NCBI GenBank assembly: GCA_945870145.1
Contig: CAMBQV010000003.1
Location: 1 to 46,499 of the forward strand
DNA length: 46,499 nt
Reading direction: 5' to 3'
DNA from: Akkermansia muciniphila
Lineage (GTDB): Bacteria > Verrucomicrobiota > Kiritimatiellia > RFP12 > UBA1067
Shown: positions 9,508 to 19,759 of the stretch, in pieces
Numbering within the stretch: position 1 is the first letter of the stretch
Layout of the letters: each line of letters begins with the position of its first letter
Translations under genes and position numbers: made by a program
Notes under the pieces: model-generated
Database searches by the model: none
What the model saw: only the letters and a program-made list of their open reading frames with translations
Told to the model about the DNA's origin: nothing

Positions 9508-10758
9508 ATGAAAGAAATCTTTGTTCACGCTCAAAAAGATCATATCTTGTCTCTCTGCACAGCATCCCCGATTCAGGCCCTCTCGGAACTTATTTGGAAT
9601 TCTCTGGATGCGGATGCGTTCGATGTAAAGGTGGATGTCATCCAAAACCCACTGGGGGGTATCGACGCGATCCGAGTCTCGGATGATGGCACCGGTATCA
9701 ACGCCCTAGAGGCGGATAGCGCTTTTGGAAACCTGGGTGGCTCTTGGAAGCGGGATGCCACCAAAACATTGATCTCTGGACGCGTTTTACATGGACGCAA
9801 GGGCCGTGGACGTTTTAAAGCTTTTTCGCTGGGAAACCATGTTGAATGGCGGACCACCATGCAGACGGCGTCGGGTCTTCGCTCGTTTACGCTCGCGGGT
9901 GAAGCTGAAAATCCCGGTCACTTTACCTTAACGGATGTCGCCGTGCCTGGGCCCGCCACGGGAACTGAGATCATCGTGGCACATATCGAGAATCCGATCG
10001 CGTCGCTCTTGGATGCCACGTGGGTCGTACAACAACTAGCCTCTAATTTTGCACTCTATCTGAAGGCCTATCCAAATGTCCGCATCTACTTCCAGGGTCT
10101 TCTAGTCAACCCAATCATTGTTCAGCGCGCTAACAATACCTATCACCTGAAGGCCTCTGATGGTTCCCGCGCAGAGTTACAGGTGATCGAATGGAAGACG
10201 CGCCAGAGCAGAAGCAAGATCGTCTTTTGTAATGGAAACGGCTTTGCCCTCCATGAGGTTGACGCTGCTGTGCGCACCGGAAGCGGCTTTAACTATACAG
10301 CTTATCTGGTCTCAGACCGCTTTGTCCCCTTGCACGAAGAGAATCTCTTGGTTCTCGAAGAGTTACACCCCGAAGTTAAGGCCTTCTTAGATGCGACACG
10401 CGAGACGTTGCGTAGCCACTTCCGTGAACGCCGCGAGGCATTGACTGTCGAAATGCTCCAACAATGGCAGTCAGACAACATTTACCCCTACACTGGACAA
10501 GCCACCACTGAGGAACAGGTCGCTGCAAGAATGCGCTTCGAGTCGTGCGCGTTGGCGTTTAGATCCTATTCGGATAACTTTGACACGCTCTCGGTCATCG
10601 AAAAGAAGTTCATCTTTAAGCTGATGCAGGAGATGTTGGACACTCGGCCAGAAGCAACCGTCACGATGCTAGGCGACACCTTGGGACTTCCACAAAAGAC
10701 ACGCAAGGAGCTCATGAAGCTTGTCACGCCTCAGAAGGTCAAAAGCAAGAAAGAGTAG
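9508..10758 (+). CDS. GHKL (HATPase_c_3, MORC-like) ATP-binding protein
   Basis: ELIWNSLDADA (N box), VSDDGTGI (G1), HGRKGRGRF (G2); GAGGAG RBS. Confidence 0.85.
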   Translation: MKEIFVHAQKDHILSLCTASPIQALSELIWNSLDADAFDVKVDVIQNPLGGIDAIRVSDDGTGINALEADSAFGNLGGSWKRDATKTLISGRVLHGRKGRGRFKAFSLGNHVEWRTTMQTASGLRSFTLAGEAENPGHFTLTDVAVPGPATGTEIIVAHIENPIASLLDATWVVQQLASNFALYLKAYPNVRIYFQGLLVNPIIVQRANNTYHLKASDGSRAELQVIEWKTRQSRSKIVFCNGNGFALHEVDAAVRTGSGFNYTAYLVSDRFVPLHEENLLVLEELHPEVKAFLDATRETLRSHFRERREALTVEMLQQWQSDNIYPYTGQATTEEQVAARMRFESCALAFRSYSDNFDTLSVIEKKFIFKLMQEMLDTRPEATVTMLGDTLGLPQKTRKELMKLVTPQKVKSKKE

Positions 10759-10764
10759 CGTGTT

Positions 10765-11217
10765 GTGAAGATTTCCCCCCGCCACCTTTTGCCAGATTTC
10801 ATCAAAGTCGCCGTCGCGCTCGTCATTATCCTGCTAGCACTGGCTATTCTGTTGAAACCGCCCCTCTTGAAGAGCGACTTTCCGCGTGTTTCTTATACTT
10901 TTAATGGTAATACCTATACCAACGCGGTCTTGTATCGTCCGCTTGCGATGCCCACGCGGTACTACATTGAACTGCCGGAGACACTGGCTGGACGTTATCG
11001 CTGTTTTGCCGTGGATCGCCGGCGCGAGGTCGCTGCGCTCATGACCAATGAGCTGGCTCATACCTTCTTCGGATTGCCCGCTGTCAAGAGAGGGGAACCC
11101 CTGGGTATGGATCTGGAATTCCGCCATCTGGACGATTCCGTTTGGAACGTCGCTTTCCTGCCAGAGACCATTCTGTTCTCTAACGCCGTCCTGTCGGTCC
11201 GATTGGATATCAAATGA
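10765..11217 (+). CDS. Hypothetical membrane-anchored protein
   Basis: 150-aa GTG-start ORF with one N-terminal TM helix, packed between co-oriented genes (ATGA overlap with the next gene). Confidence 0.7.
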   Translation: MKISPRHLLPDFIKVAVALVIILLALAILLKPPLLKSDFPRVSYTFNGNTYTNAVLYRPLAMPTRYYIELPETLAGRYRCFAVDRRREVAALMTNELAHTFFGLPAVKRGEPLGMDLEFRHLDDSVWNVAFLPETILFSNAVLSVRLDIK

Positions 11218-12143
11218 AGACACTTCGCCCATGGTTTCGCCTCGTGAGGCTTCCGAACCTCTTGACGGTTCCTGGGGATTCGATCGCTGGTTTTATGTTA
11301 GCGACCTTCGGACGGATGGAGCATATTCAAATGGGACCGCTCTTGTTCGCTATGGGTGCCGCGCTCTTTCTCTATCTCTTTGGCCTGATCGTAAATGATA
11401 TTGTTGACCTGGAGACCGACCGGACGGAACGGCCGGATCGGCCCCTGCCTGCAGGTGAGATCACCCTGCCGCAGGCGCGTATGGCTGCGATTGCCATGGC
11501 CCTGTCCGGCCTGAATGTCGCGCTCTTGGCAGGAAAATCCGCCTTGATCGTGGCCGGAATCCTCTCAGGCGCGATTCTGCTCTACAACGGAAAGCTCAAG
11601 AACGTTCCAGGGGTAGGGGCTCTGATCATGGGCAGTTGCCGGGGCCTGAGCGTGCTCCTCGGGGTGGCGGCCGCGCGTCCGGAGTGGTTTTTGTCGCTTC
11701 CCTCCACCTGTATAATCTGGCCCTCAATGCTTGCCCCGCTCATCGTGGCCCTTTATGTGGCGGCCTTTACGGCACTTGCAAGACGCGAAACCGAGCGTGA
11801 AAAGCCGATGGGGCCTCTGCGCTGGATACCCATGATTGTTCTGCTGCTTGGACTCCCCTGCCTTCTGATCATGGTCACGGCAATTGGGCTGACGACGGGG
11901 GTAGGACCCACAATCTTTGTCTTTATCTTCTGCATGGCGGTGATGCGTGCCTGGCTACTGGGGGGGCCGCTCTACCGTATTCAAGAGATGCCCTTAATTA
12001 TCGGAGGTTTTATTCGCAACCTGTTACTGGTTCAGGCCGCGCTCTGTGTGGCCTGCGGAACTGCTGGTCTCCTGCCGGCTGTGACGCTGGTCCTGCTCTT
12101 CGCCGTCTTCCCGCGCATTGCCAAGGCGTATTACAGCAGTTGA
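11214..12143 (+). CDS. UbiA-family prenyltransferase (EboC-like)
   Basis: LVRLPNLLTVPGD, NDIVDLETDRTERPDRPLPAG, YN..LK, MGSCRG; many TM helices. Confidence 0.88.
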   Translation: MKTLRPWFRLVRLPNLLTVPGDSIAGFMLATFGRMEHIQMGPLLFAMGAALFLYLFGLIVNDIVDLETDRTERPDRPLPAGEITLPQARMAAIAMALSGLNVALLAGKSALIVAGILSGAILLYNGKLKNVPGVGALIMGSCRGLSVLLGVAAARPEWFLSLPSTCIIWPSMLAPLIVALYVAAFTALARRETEREKPMGPLRWIPMIVLLLGLPCLLIMVTAIGLTTGVGPTIFVFIFCMAVMRAWLLGGPLYRIQEMPLIIGGFIRNLLLVQAALCVACGTAGLLPAVTLVLLFAVFPRIAKAYYSS

Positions 12144-12160
12144 GGAAGCGGGATGATTCC

Positions 12161-12221
12161 CTGGGAGAATAGGCATCTTGCCTGTTTATTTCATGCACAG
12201 GCGGGACGCCTGTGCTCCCAG
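12161..12221. repeat. REP doublet (GGAG-type foot)
   Basis: CTGGGAG-AATAGGCATCTTGCCTGTT...CACAGGCGGGACGCCTGTG-CTCCCAG: two palindromes in inverted orientation. Confidence 0.75.
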
Positions 12222-12289
12222 TGTGACCAACCCTCCCTTTTTAACCACATCCGTGCGTCCACGGAGTGGGCGCACGAAACGAGTTTCGT

Positions 12290-12319
12290 TTGCGAAACGT
12301 CTAGCGAGTGTGCTATTAT
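12290..12319 (+). promoter_or_regulatory. Putative pheT promoter
   Basis: TTGCGA-18-TATTAT with extended TG. Confidence 0.4.
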
Positions 12320-12357
12320 TTTTAAACATTTTTTGAAGCGCAAGGAAGTGACCCTTT

Positions 12358-14775
12358 ATGAAAGTACCTATCAGCTGGTTAAACGAGTATGTGGATGTCT
12401 CTGATCTCTCTGTAAAAGATTTGGCCGACCGGCTGACCTTTTCAGGCGTTGAAGTGGAGGGCATCGAGGAGGTCGGAGCCCTATTGGATGACAACTTTGT
12501 CGTCGGTGAGATCCTGACGTGCGACCACCATCCGAACTCGGACCATCTGCATATCTGCAGCGTCTCGGACGGCGCGCAAACCTTGCAGATCGTCTGTGGT
12601 GCGCCCAATGCCGCTGCTGGACTCAAGGTGCCGCTGGCCAAGGTCGGAGCTGTTGTCCCGGAGGGGGGCTTTAAAATTAAGCAAGCGAAACTGCGCGGTG
12701 TGGAGTCTTTCGGTATGCTCTGCTCGCAGCGCGAACTGAAGCTCTCGTCCGAACATGGTGGCTTGATGGTTCTCGATCCTGCGCTCAAGACCGGCATGCC
12801 GATGCGCGATGTGTTGCCGAAACCCGAGGTGGTCCTAGACTTGGAGATCACCTGGAATCGTCCGGATTGTCTCTCAATCATCGGTATTGCCCGTGAATTT
12901 GCAGCGCTCCTGAAACGTCCGCTCAAGACACCAGCCATTGATTTTGTCGAAACCAGCGAGCCGGTCGAGAAATTTGCAAAGGTCATTGTGAAGGACACGG
13001 CCAAGTGTCCGCGGTATACGGCGCGTGTAATGACCGACGTGAAGGATGGCGCGTCGCCCGAGTGGATGAAACGGCGGCTTGAGCTATGCGGGGTTCGCGC
13101 GATCAGCCTGACCGTGGACGTCACCAATTACGTGATGCTTGAAATGGGCCAGCCCCTCCATGCCTTTGACTTCCGCAAACTTGCGGAAAACACGATTGTG
13201 GTCCGTTGCGCTGACGCGGGCGAAAAGATGAAGACCCTGGATGGCCTTGAGCGTACCTTAGACAACTCCATGCTTGTGATTGCAGATGCGAAGACGCCCA
13301 ATGCCATCGCGGGTGTCATGGGCGGCGCGGAGAGCGAAATCGCAGTCGGCACAGAGTCCGTGCTGCTGGAGAGCGCCCTCTTTGACTGCGCCTCGACCAA
13401 GTGGACGTCGACCAAGCTGGGGCTATCCAGCGAATCGTCACGCCGTTTCGAACGTGGCGTGGATCCTGACCTCGCGGACCTCGCCAGCCGTCGCGCAACG
13501 CACCTGCTGGCGAAATATGGCGAAGCCAAAGTCGCCAAGGGACTGATCGATTGCGATGCGCGCAATTTTAAGCACGCTGAGGTGGCGCTCCGCTTCAAGC
13601 GCGCCAATGACGTCATCGGTGTCGAGCTGACCCAAGAAGAGATGCTGATCCTATTGACCTCGCTCGGGCTCAGTGTCATTTCAAAAGAGGTGGATTCGGC
13701 GCGTTTTAAAATTCCCTCCTGGCGTTTGGATTTAACCTTGGAGGCGGATCTGATCGAGGAGATTGCGCGGTTGCATGGACTCGATTCAATCCCGGACCGG
13801 ATGCCGCGCTCAACCGCGATTTCCACCTTGAATGACGGCCCCTTCTATTTGCGCGCAAACTGCCGTCAGGCCCTGCTGGGCATGGGCTTTTCAGAGGGGA
13901 TGCACTACAGCTTCCTCGCAGCGCAAGAGCTGGACATGTTTGACAAGCGCAACGCCAAGGGGCGGGCCGTATTGCCCAATCCCGTCAGCGCTGACTATGG
14001 CGTCTTGCGCGACTCCCTGCTGCCCCAGTTGGTGGCTTCATTGGGACGCAATGCCGCGCGTCAAGTAGAGAAGGCCGGACTTTTTGAGATGGGGCGGGTC
14101 TTCTTCCTCGACGAAGCAGGCCAGCCAAAGGAGGAGGAGCGCGTCTCGCTCGGGCTGATGGGACCTTTTGGGCGTTCAGCGATTGATAGCCGCAGAGTGG
14201 TCTCCAACGAGGAGGCCATGCTGTGGCTAAAAGGCACCATCGAGAATCTTGTGGCCGTGCTTCATGCCGGCAAACTGGACTTCACACCTGTACAGCACCC
14301 TGGCATGGATTCGGGTTGCGCCCTTGAGATCTCGCTCAACAAGAGCGTGATAGGAGTCATGGGTGCGGTCTCAACAACCCTGCGTCATCAATGGCGCATG
14401 ACAACCGCAATGGTCGTGGCTGAACTCAAGCTAGCGCCGCTGCTCGCCGGAACGCCGACAGGCGGAGCGATCAAGCCGATTCCCCAATTTCCGGCAGTCC
14501 ATCGTGACATCGCCTTTGTGGCAACGTCGACACTCGCCCATGCGGACGTGCTCACGACCATCCGGAAGGCCGGACCTGCGGAGCTTACCGCTATCTCGCT
14601 CTTTGACATCTTCCAGTCCAAGGAGATGGCCAAAGAGGGAAAACGAAGTCTTGCCTATTCATTGGAGTTCCGTTCTCCGGATAAGACGCTCACCGATGAA
14701 GTCGTCAACGCAGCTTTCACCAAAATCATTGCCGCGCTCAAGAGCGAGCTGAAGGTCGAAGTCCGCGAAGCGTAA
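12358..14775 (+). CDS. pheT: Phenylalanine--tRNA ligase beta subunit
   Basis: MKVPISWLNEYV, IVCGAPN, LRGVESFGMLCS, TWNRPDCLS, GQPLHAFD, RFERGVD, DLIEEIARLHG, FPAVHRDIAF. Confidence 0.98.
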   Translation: MKVPISWLNEYVDVSDLSVKDLADRLTFSGVEVEGIEEVGALLDDNFVVGEILTCDHHPNSDHLHICSVSDGAQTLQIVCGAPNAAAGLKVPLAKVGAVVPEGGFKIKQAKLRGVESFGMLCSQRELKLSSEHGGLMVLDPALKTGMPMRDVLPKPEVVLDLEITWNRPDCLSIIGIAREFAALLKRPLKTPAIDFVETSEPVEKFAKVIVKDTAKCPRYTARVMTDVKDGASPEWMKRRLELCGVRAISLTVDVTNYVMLEMGQPLHAFDFRKLAENTIVVRCADAGEKMKTLDGLERTLDNSMLVIADAKTPNAIAGVMGGAESEIAVGTESVLLESALFDCASTKWTSTKLGLSSESSRRFERGVDPDLADLASRRATHLLAKYGEAKVAKGLIDCDARNFKHAEVALRFKRANDVIGVELTQEEMLILLTSLGLSVISKEVDSARFKIPSWRLDLTLEADLIEEIARLHGLDSIPDRMPRSTAISTLNDGPFYLRANCRQALLGMGFSEGMHYSFLAAQELDMFDKRNAKGRAVLPNPVSADYGVLRDSLLPQLVASLGRNAARQVEKAGLFEMGRVFFLDEAGQPKEEERVSLGLMGPFGRSAIDSRRVVSNEEAMLWLKGTIENLVAVLHAGKLDFTPVQHPGMDSGCALEISLNKSVIGVMGAVSTTLRHQWRMTTAMVVAELKLAPLLAGTPTGGAIKPIPQFPAVHRDIAFVATSTLAHADVLTTIRKAGPAELTAISLFDIFQSKEMAKEGKRSLAYSLEFRSPDKTLTDEVVNAAFTKIIAALKSELKVEVREA

Positions 14776-14780
14776 GCGCC

Positions 14781-16007
14781 TTACTCGTACCGCAGACAAT
14801 CAATCGGATTGAGGCGGGAGGCGCGGAGGGCTGGATAGAAGCCGAAGAAGATCCCGACAAAGGCGCTAAACCCAAAAGAGATGACCACTGAGATCGGTGT
14901 CACATAGATGGGCCATTTGTTGAGATCCCCCACGGTATAAGCTCCTCCCACACCGAGGAGAATACCGAGAACACCCCCGAGCGTCGAGAGCACTGCGGCC
15001 TCGGTCAGGAATTGGAGCAAAATCGCGACAGGTGCGGCGCCAATGGCCATGCGTAAGCCGATTTCACGCGTACGCTCTGTCACGGAGACGAGCATGATGT
15101 TCATGATGCCGATCCCGCCGACCAGCAAGGAGATCGAGGCAACGACTGCCATCAGAATTGTCATCATGGAGGAGACGCTGGTGAGCATGTCGGATATCTC
15201 CGTCATGTCAATGATGGTAAAGTCATCCTCCACGGTTGGACCCAGGCGATGCCGTTGGCGAAGTAAGTCAGACATCGCGCGTTTAGCCTCGGCCATCTGA
15301 CCCATGTCGTAGATACTGAAGAGCAACTGGTCAACATTGTTGAAGGACCCGCGCCGTAAAACACGCTTCACGGTCGTCAACGGCATGATGATAATGTCAT
15401 CCTGATCCTGTCCCATGGAAGTCGTTCCCTTTTTGGACAGGACCCCCAACACCTTAAACGGTATATTCCGAACACGAAACGTCTCGCCGATCGGATCTTG
15501 TCCGTTAAAGAGGCTATCCACAATGGTCTGGCCCACGACACAGACGCGTGCGCCTGCACGCAAATCAGCATCCGTGAAGAAGACTCCAGAGGCCACATCC
15601 CATTTGCGGACTGCGACAAAGGTGGGTGTGACACCTTGAATCTGGGTGGCCCAGTTGTTTTCCTGATAGATGGCTTGTCCTCCGCTACGTACCAGCGGTG
15701 TATAGGCCTTAATCAACTCCGGATAGTCGCGGCTCATGGCCTCGCCATCTTCGCTCATGAGGGTCTGGAAACCCCCGGAGCCGCCATGTACGCCACCCTT
15801 CTTCATGCTGCCGCCAAAGACGATAAGCATATTGTCACCCATGGAGCTAATCTGCGCCTTCATGCTGGTGGAGGCGCCCTCGCCGATGGCCACGACCGCG
15901 ATCACCGCCGCGATGCCGACAATAATGCCCAGGGCGGTCAAGATCGAGCGTACTTTATTGCGCAACAGGGCACGCAGTGCCACTTTAAAAATCATCATGC
16001 CGTTCAT
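14781..16007 (-). CDS. MacB-like ABC transporter permease
   Basis: RSILTALGIIVG, SLLVGGIGIMNIMLVSVTERTREIGLRMAIGA, GFYPALRASRLNPI. Confidence 0.95.
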   Translation of the reverse strand: MNGMMIFKVALRALLRNKVRSILTALGIIVGIAAVIAVVAIGEGASTSMKAQISSMGDNMLIVFGGSMKKGGVHGGSGGFQTLMSEDGEAMSRDYPELIKAYTPLVRSGGQAIYQENNWATQIQGVTPTFVAVRKWDVASGVFFTDADLRAGARVCVVGQTIVDSLFNGQDPIGETFRVRNIPFKVLGVLSKKGTTSMGQDQDDIIIMPLTTVKRVLRRGSFNNVDQLLFSIYDMGQMAEAKRAMSDLLRQRHRLGPTVEDDFTIIDMTEISDMLTSVSSMMTILMAVVASISLLVGGIGIMNIMLVSVTERTREIGLRMAIGAAPVAILLQFLTEAAVLSTLGGVLGILLGVGGAYTVGDLNKWPIYVTPISVVISFGFSAFVGIFFGFYPALRASRLNPIDCLRYE

Positions 16008-16675
16008 GGGAGCACCTTCCCATCCCGCATGACTATTTTGCGCTTGGCATAGGCTGCGATATCAGTCTCATGGGTCACCATCACAATGGTCTGGCCCTGT
16101 TCATTCAACTTACGGAAGTAATGCATGATCTCCTGGCTGGCATGGGAGTCAAGATTGCCAGTCGGCTCGTCGGCTAGGAGCAGCGGCGGATTATTCATGA
16201 GCGCACGCGCGATCGCGACGCGTTGCTGCTGTCCGCCGGAAAGCTGTCCAGGTGTATGCAACATGCGGTCACCCAGTCCCACATGTTCCAGCAGATATTC
16301 CGCACGGTCATGCAAGGCTTTTCCGCGAGGAGCGGTCGGATTATAGAGCATGGGCAGTTCGACATTCTCGCGCGCCGTAGTACGCGAGAGCAGATTAAAG
16401 CTTTGAAAGACAAAACCGATCTTCTGGTTGCGCACGCGCGCCAAAGCTGCGCGATTCATCCCTGCAACGGGCGTGCCGTCCAATATATACCTCCCAGAGG
16501 TCGGCACATCAAGACAGCCAAGCACATTCAGCAGCGTGCTCTTTCCTGAGCCACTGTGCCCCATGATCGCAACAAATTCACCCTTCTTCACCTGCAAGGT
16601 GACGCCATTCAGGGCCCAGACATCTTCTTGGCCCATATTATACCCGCGTTTTAAATCTTGAATTTCAATTAACAT
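16004..16675 (-). CDS. ABC transporter ATP-binding protein (MacB/LolD type)
   Basis: [40 protein letters not shown]. Confidence 0.97.
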   Translation of the reverse strand: MLIEIQDLKRGYNMGQEDVWALNGVTLQVKKGEFVAIMGHSGSGKSTLLNVLGCLDVPTSGRYILDGTPVAGMNRAALARVRNQKIGFVFQSFNLLSRTTARENVELPMLYNPTAPRGKALHDRAEYLLEHVGLGDRMLHTPGQLSGGQQQRVAIARALMNNPPLLLADEPTGNLDSHASQEIMHYFRKLNEQGQTIVMVTHETDIAAYAKRKIVMRDGKVLP

Positions 16676-16684
16676 AAAAACACA

Positions 16685-18001
16685 CTAGCGCGCAGCATGC
16701 CGAACGCTATGACTGGGCATCTTGGGAGCAAAAGGGTTAACACTATCTTTTTCCGCAGACGAGGCAGATGCGGTTTGCGATCCGACAATGACTTCGCGGC
16801 CCAAAAGGTCTTGCTCCGCTTCCACACCAATCATCGTCCCGTCGGACAGTTTCTGCTTGATCTTCATACGCTCCGGCTTGTTGTTTGGGCCGACAAGCCA
16901 TACTGCGGGTCCACCCGTTTTCTTGATGCCACCCTTCTCTTCATCTGCGCAGGGTGGCAGATCTGGCGGGGTGAAGCGTAATGCTGCTGCGGGAATCTTC
17001 AAGATGTCCTCAACTCGGCCTGTCTCAACCGCGAGATTGGCGGTCATGCCTGGGAAGAGCCGCTTGTTGGGGTTGTCCGCCTGAATAATGACAGGGAACG
17101 TCACAACATTCTGCACACTGGTTGCCGCCATGCGGACTTGTACCACATTACCAGTAAAAACGACCCTATTATAGGCATCCACGGAGAAGGTTACACGCTG
17201 CCCCATCACAATCCCGCCGATATCTGACTCCGGAATGTCAGCCTGAATCTGGATACGGTTGAGATCGGTCGCAATCGTAAAGATCGTCTGCGCGTTCATA
17301 CTGGAGACCACGGTCTGTCCCTCATCAACATTCCGCTGAATGATCACACCGTCCACAGGCGACTTGATTGTGGTGTAGCCCAGATTAGCGCGCGACAACT
17401 GGAGAGAGGCTTCGCTCTGCTGGATCATCGCCTCTGTCTGTTGGGTCGCTGCCTCGGCCTGCACAACCGCCGCTGCGTTAACCTTCACTTGCGCGAGTAG
17501 CGCATCGCGATTCGAGAGGGCTGTATCAACCTCTGACTGCGCCACCATCTCGTTTTTGCGGAGTTCCTCCATACGGACCAAGTCCTTCTCGGCCAAAACC
17601 AACTTTGCTTGGGTCAGCTCGACCGTGGCACGTGCCTGTGCAAGGTTGGCTTTTGAGGAAAGCACATTCGCCTTGGCTGAGGCCAGCGTGGCCTCGTCCT
17701 TGGAAACATAGGCTTGGTAGACTGCTGGATCAATCTGCGCGATCTGCTGGCCTACTTTCACCTCGTCATTAAAATTCACATACAGCTTTTTGATCGGACC
17801 ATTGACTTGCGTGCCCACTAAAATATTTTTGATGGGCTGGACGGTACCTGTTGCCCGAACCTCTTGGACGATCAGGCCTCGCTCAATTTTGCGCGTACGC
17901 CAAGGCGACTCAACCTTCTCCGTTTTAAAGTATTTCGTGCCCTGCCAGATAGCCAGACCGAGAACACCCAGGACGACCAGAAAGATAATTCCTTTTTTCA
18001 T
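16685..18001 (-). CDS. Efflux periplasmic adaptor (MacA-like)
   Basis: VGTQVNG, coiled hairpin, IKSPVDGVII, GQTVVSS, LFPGMTA. Confidence 0.93.
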   Translation of the reverse strand: MKKGIIFLVVLGVLGLAIWQGTKYFKTEKVESPWRTRKIERGLIVQEVRATGTVQPIKNILVGTQVNGPIKKLYVNFNDEVKVGQQIAQIDPAVYQAYVSKDEATLASAKANVLSSKANLAQARATVELTQAKLVLAEKDLVRMEELRKNEMVAQSEVDTALSNRDALLAQVKVNAAAVVQAEAATQQTEAMIQQSEASLQLSRANLGYTTIKSPVDGVIIQRNVDEGQTVVSSMNAQTIFTIATDLNRIQIQADIPESDIGGIVMGQRVTFSVDAYNRVVFTGNVVQVRMAATSVQNVVTFPVIIQADNPNKRLFPGMTANLAVETGRVEDILKIPAAALRFTPPDLPPCADEEKGGIKKTGGPAVWLVGPNNKPERMKIKQKLSDGTMIGVEAEQDLLGREVIVGSQTASASSAEKDSVNPFAPKMPSHSVRHAAR

Positions 18002-19359
18002 TATTGCTTTCCTATGGTGGCGTAAACGCCAGCTTTAGCCAGTTCAAGTGAATACCGCGCGGAGACCGTTGCACTCCGAGCGCGAGTATAGAGGACCTGC
18101 GCATCGGTCAACTCCAGAATCGAACTCGCTCCAACTTCAAACTGTTTCTTAACCAGCTCCAAGTTTTCCTTGGACTGCTGCTCCATCTCCTCTGCCACCA
18201 CCTTGCCCTGTTGAGCTGTCTTGAGGGTCGAAAGCACCTCGATCAGCGAGAGAACCACCTGTTGCTCTTCCTGCGCCAGTGACGCCCGCGCTTGACGCAA
18301 CGCCGTCACCCCGAGCAGAATATTGTCCTGCTTTTCATAGGCCTTAAAAATGTCTTGCAGCAACGACAGTCCCCACGAGAGTCCCAGTGTCTTTATACCG
18401 TCCATCACGTCCGTCGCATAGGCGGTCGAGGCAGTCGCACGGATTTGCGGATAGAGGTCGGCGATGGCCTGGTCAACCGAGGCCATTGCGGACCCGACCT
18501 TTGCCTGAAGCGCGCGAAGGGTCGGCTGATTGGTTTGCGCAACTGAAAAGAGAAGATCAAAATCACTGTCTGGCAGGGGCAGGCTCACCTCTGATGCCAA
18601 GGCATACTTAACCGTCTTGCCAAGACCCATCTCGTTATTGAGCGTTGCTCGCGCCGTTGTCACGGCGTTGCTGGCGGTCAAGAGCGAGAGCAACGCATTG
18701 CTGCGATCTGCCCGAGCCTTGGTGATATCATACTTGCGGCCTGTTCCCACATTGAAACGTAACTCGGCCTGGCGCAGGAGTTCTTCATATTGCCTCAGAT
18801 TCTCCTCCTCCACATGACATTGAGCCTCGGCCTGTCCGAGCTTAAAATACGCTACGCGCACGGCATAAATCCGATTCACGCGCGTCCCCGCCAATGTCTC
18901 CTGCGCTGCGATCAGATCCGAGACTGCGCCACGAATGCTCGCACGCGTCCTTCCAAAATCATAAAGCATCCACGAGAGGGAAAGGCTGGCGCTAAAACCT
19001 TCTTCCGAGGTGAAGTCCCAGTCGCGACTTGAAGCTCCGTTCCGTGAACCATCATAGCCAAGCCCCCCTGAGACCGTCGGCCTCAAGTTAGCCCCTGCCT
19101 TACTGACCATCACCTGAGCCGCCACGACATTCTGTGTTGCCGTCACCATCGCTGGATGCCATGCCAGCGAGAAACGTTCTCCATCTGCCAAGGTCAGTAC
19201 ATCCCCCGCGCGCAAAGCAAACTCCTGCGGTGTCGTTGTCCGCTCTCCAAACGGAAGTGTGTCCCCTGTCTCTTGTTGCGCCTGCCGTGCCTGCCGAACC
19301 GTCGAACAGCCCCCCAACAGCCCCATGATTAATACGAAACCAAAATATTTTTTGTTCAT
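18001..19359 (-). CDS. TolC-family outer membrane efflux lipoprotein
   Basis: Lipobox LLGGC after MNKKY; LSWMLYDFGR; ENLELV..QFEVG.SSILELTDAQ; first gene of the efflux operon. Confidence 0.92.
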   Translation of the reverse strand: MNKKYFGFVLIMGLLGGCSTVRQARQAQQETGDTLPFGERTTTPQEFALRAGDVLTLADGERFSLAWHPAMVTATQNVVAAQVMVSKAGANLRPTVSGGLGYDGSRNGASSRDWDFTSEEGFSASLSLSWMLYDFGRTRASIRGAVSDLIAAQETLAGTRVNRIYAVRVAYFKLGQAEAQCHVEEENLRQYEELLRQAELRFNVGTGRKYDITKARADRSNALLSLLTASNAVTTARATLNNEMGLGKTVKYALASEVSLPLPDSDFDLLFSVAQTNQPTLRALQAKVGSAMASVDQAIADLYPQIRATASTAYATDVMDGIKTLGLSWGLSLLQDIFKAYEKQDNILLGVTALRQARASLAQEEQQVVLSLIEVLSTLKTAQQGKVVAEEMEQQSKENLELVKKQFEVGASSILELTDAQVLYTRARSATVSARYSLELAKAGVYATIGKQ

Positions 19360-19520
19360 GTTGAATACTATACGTTCTTTCCGTAAAGTCTGCAAATGAA
19401 AAAAGGGGCAAAAAAAAGGGGCAAGCGGGAAGAAGGTGAAGAGGGCAATGTTTGGGTCCTGAGTCGAGCGTCCTGAGTCCTGGCGCATATTAATTAAATG
19501 TGTAATCCATCTCAGAGGCA

Positions 19521-19583
19521 TCCATCTTCGCGGATCCGCCTTCCTCCTTCGCCAAGGCTACGGCGGATAAAACGGTGGACAGG
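19521..19583. repeat. Nested hairpin micro-elements inside a CACAGAG-type array
   Basis: Outer TCCATCTTCGC...ACGGTGGACAGG encloses inner CCTCCTTCGCCAAGGCTACGGCGG. Confidence 0.65.
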
Positions 19584-19759
19584 CAGAGAGGGCACAGAGA
19601 AATACGTAGCGCGAATGAAGGATAAATACCTTTTATGCTGCCTCATTCAATAGATGATTGCTGCTGACATTCAGCGCGGTGAGTGTGGTCGCAAGTGCAT
19701 TCGCCACGCCGTTAACAAAGGTGACCGCTGTCAAAAGGCTGTATGACAATTTATCCTGG

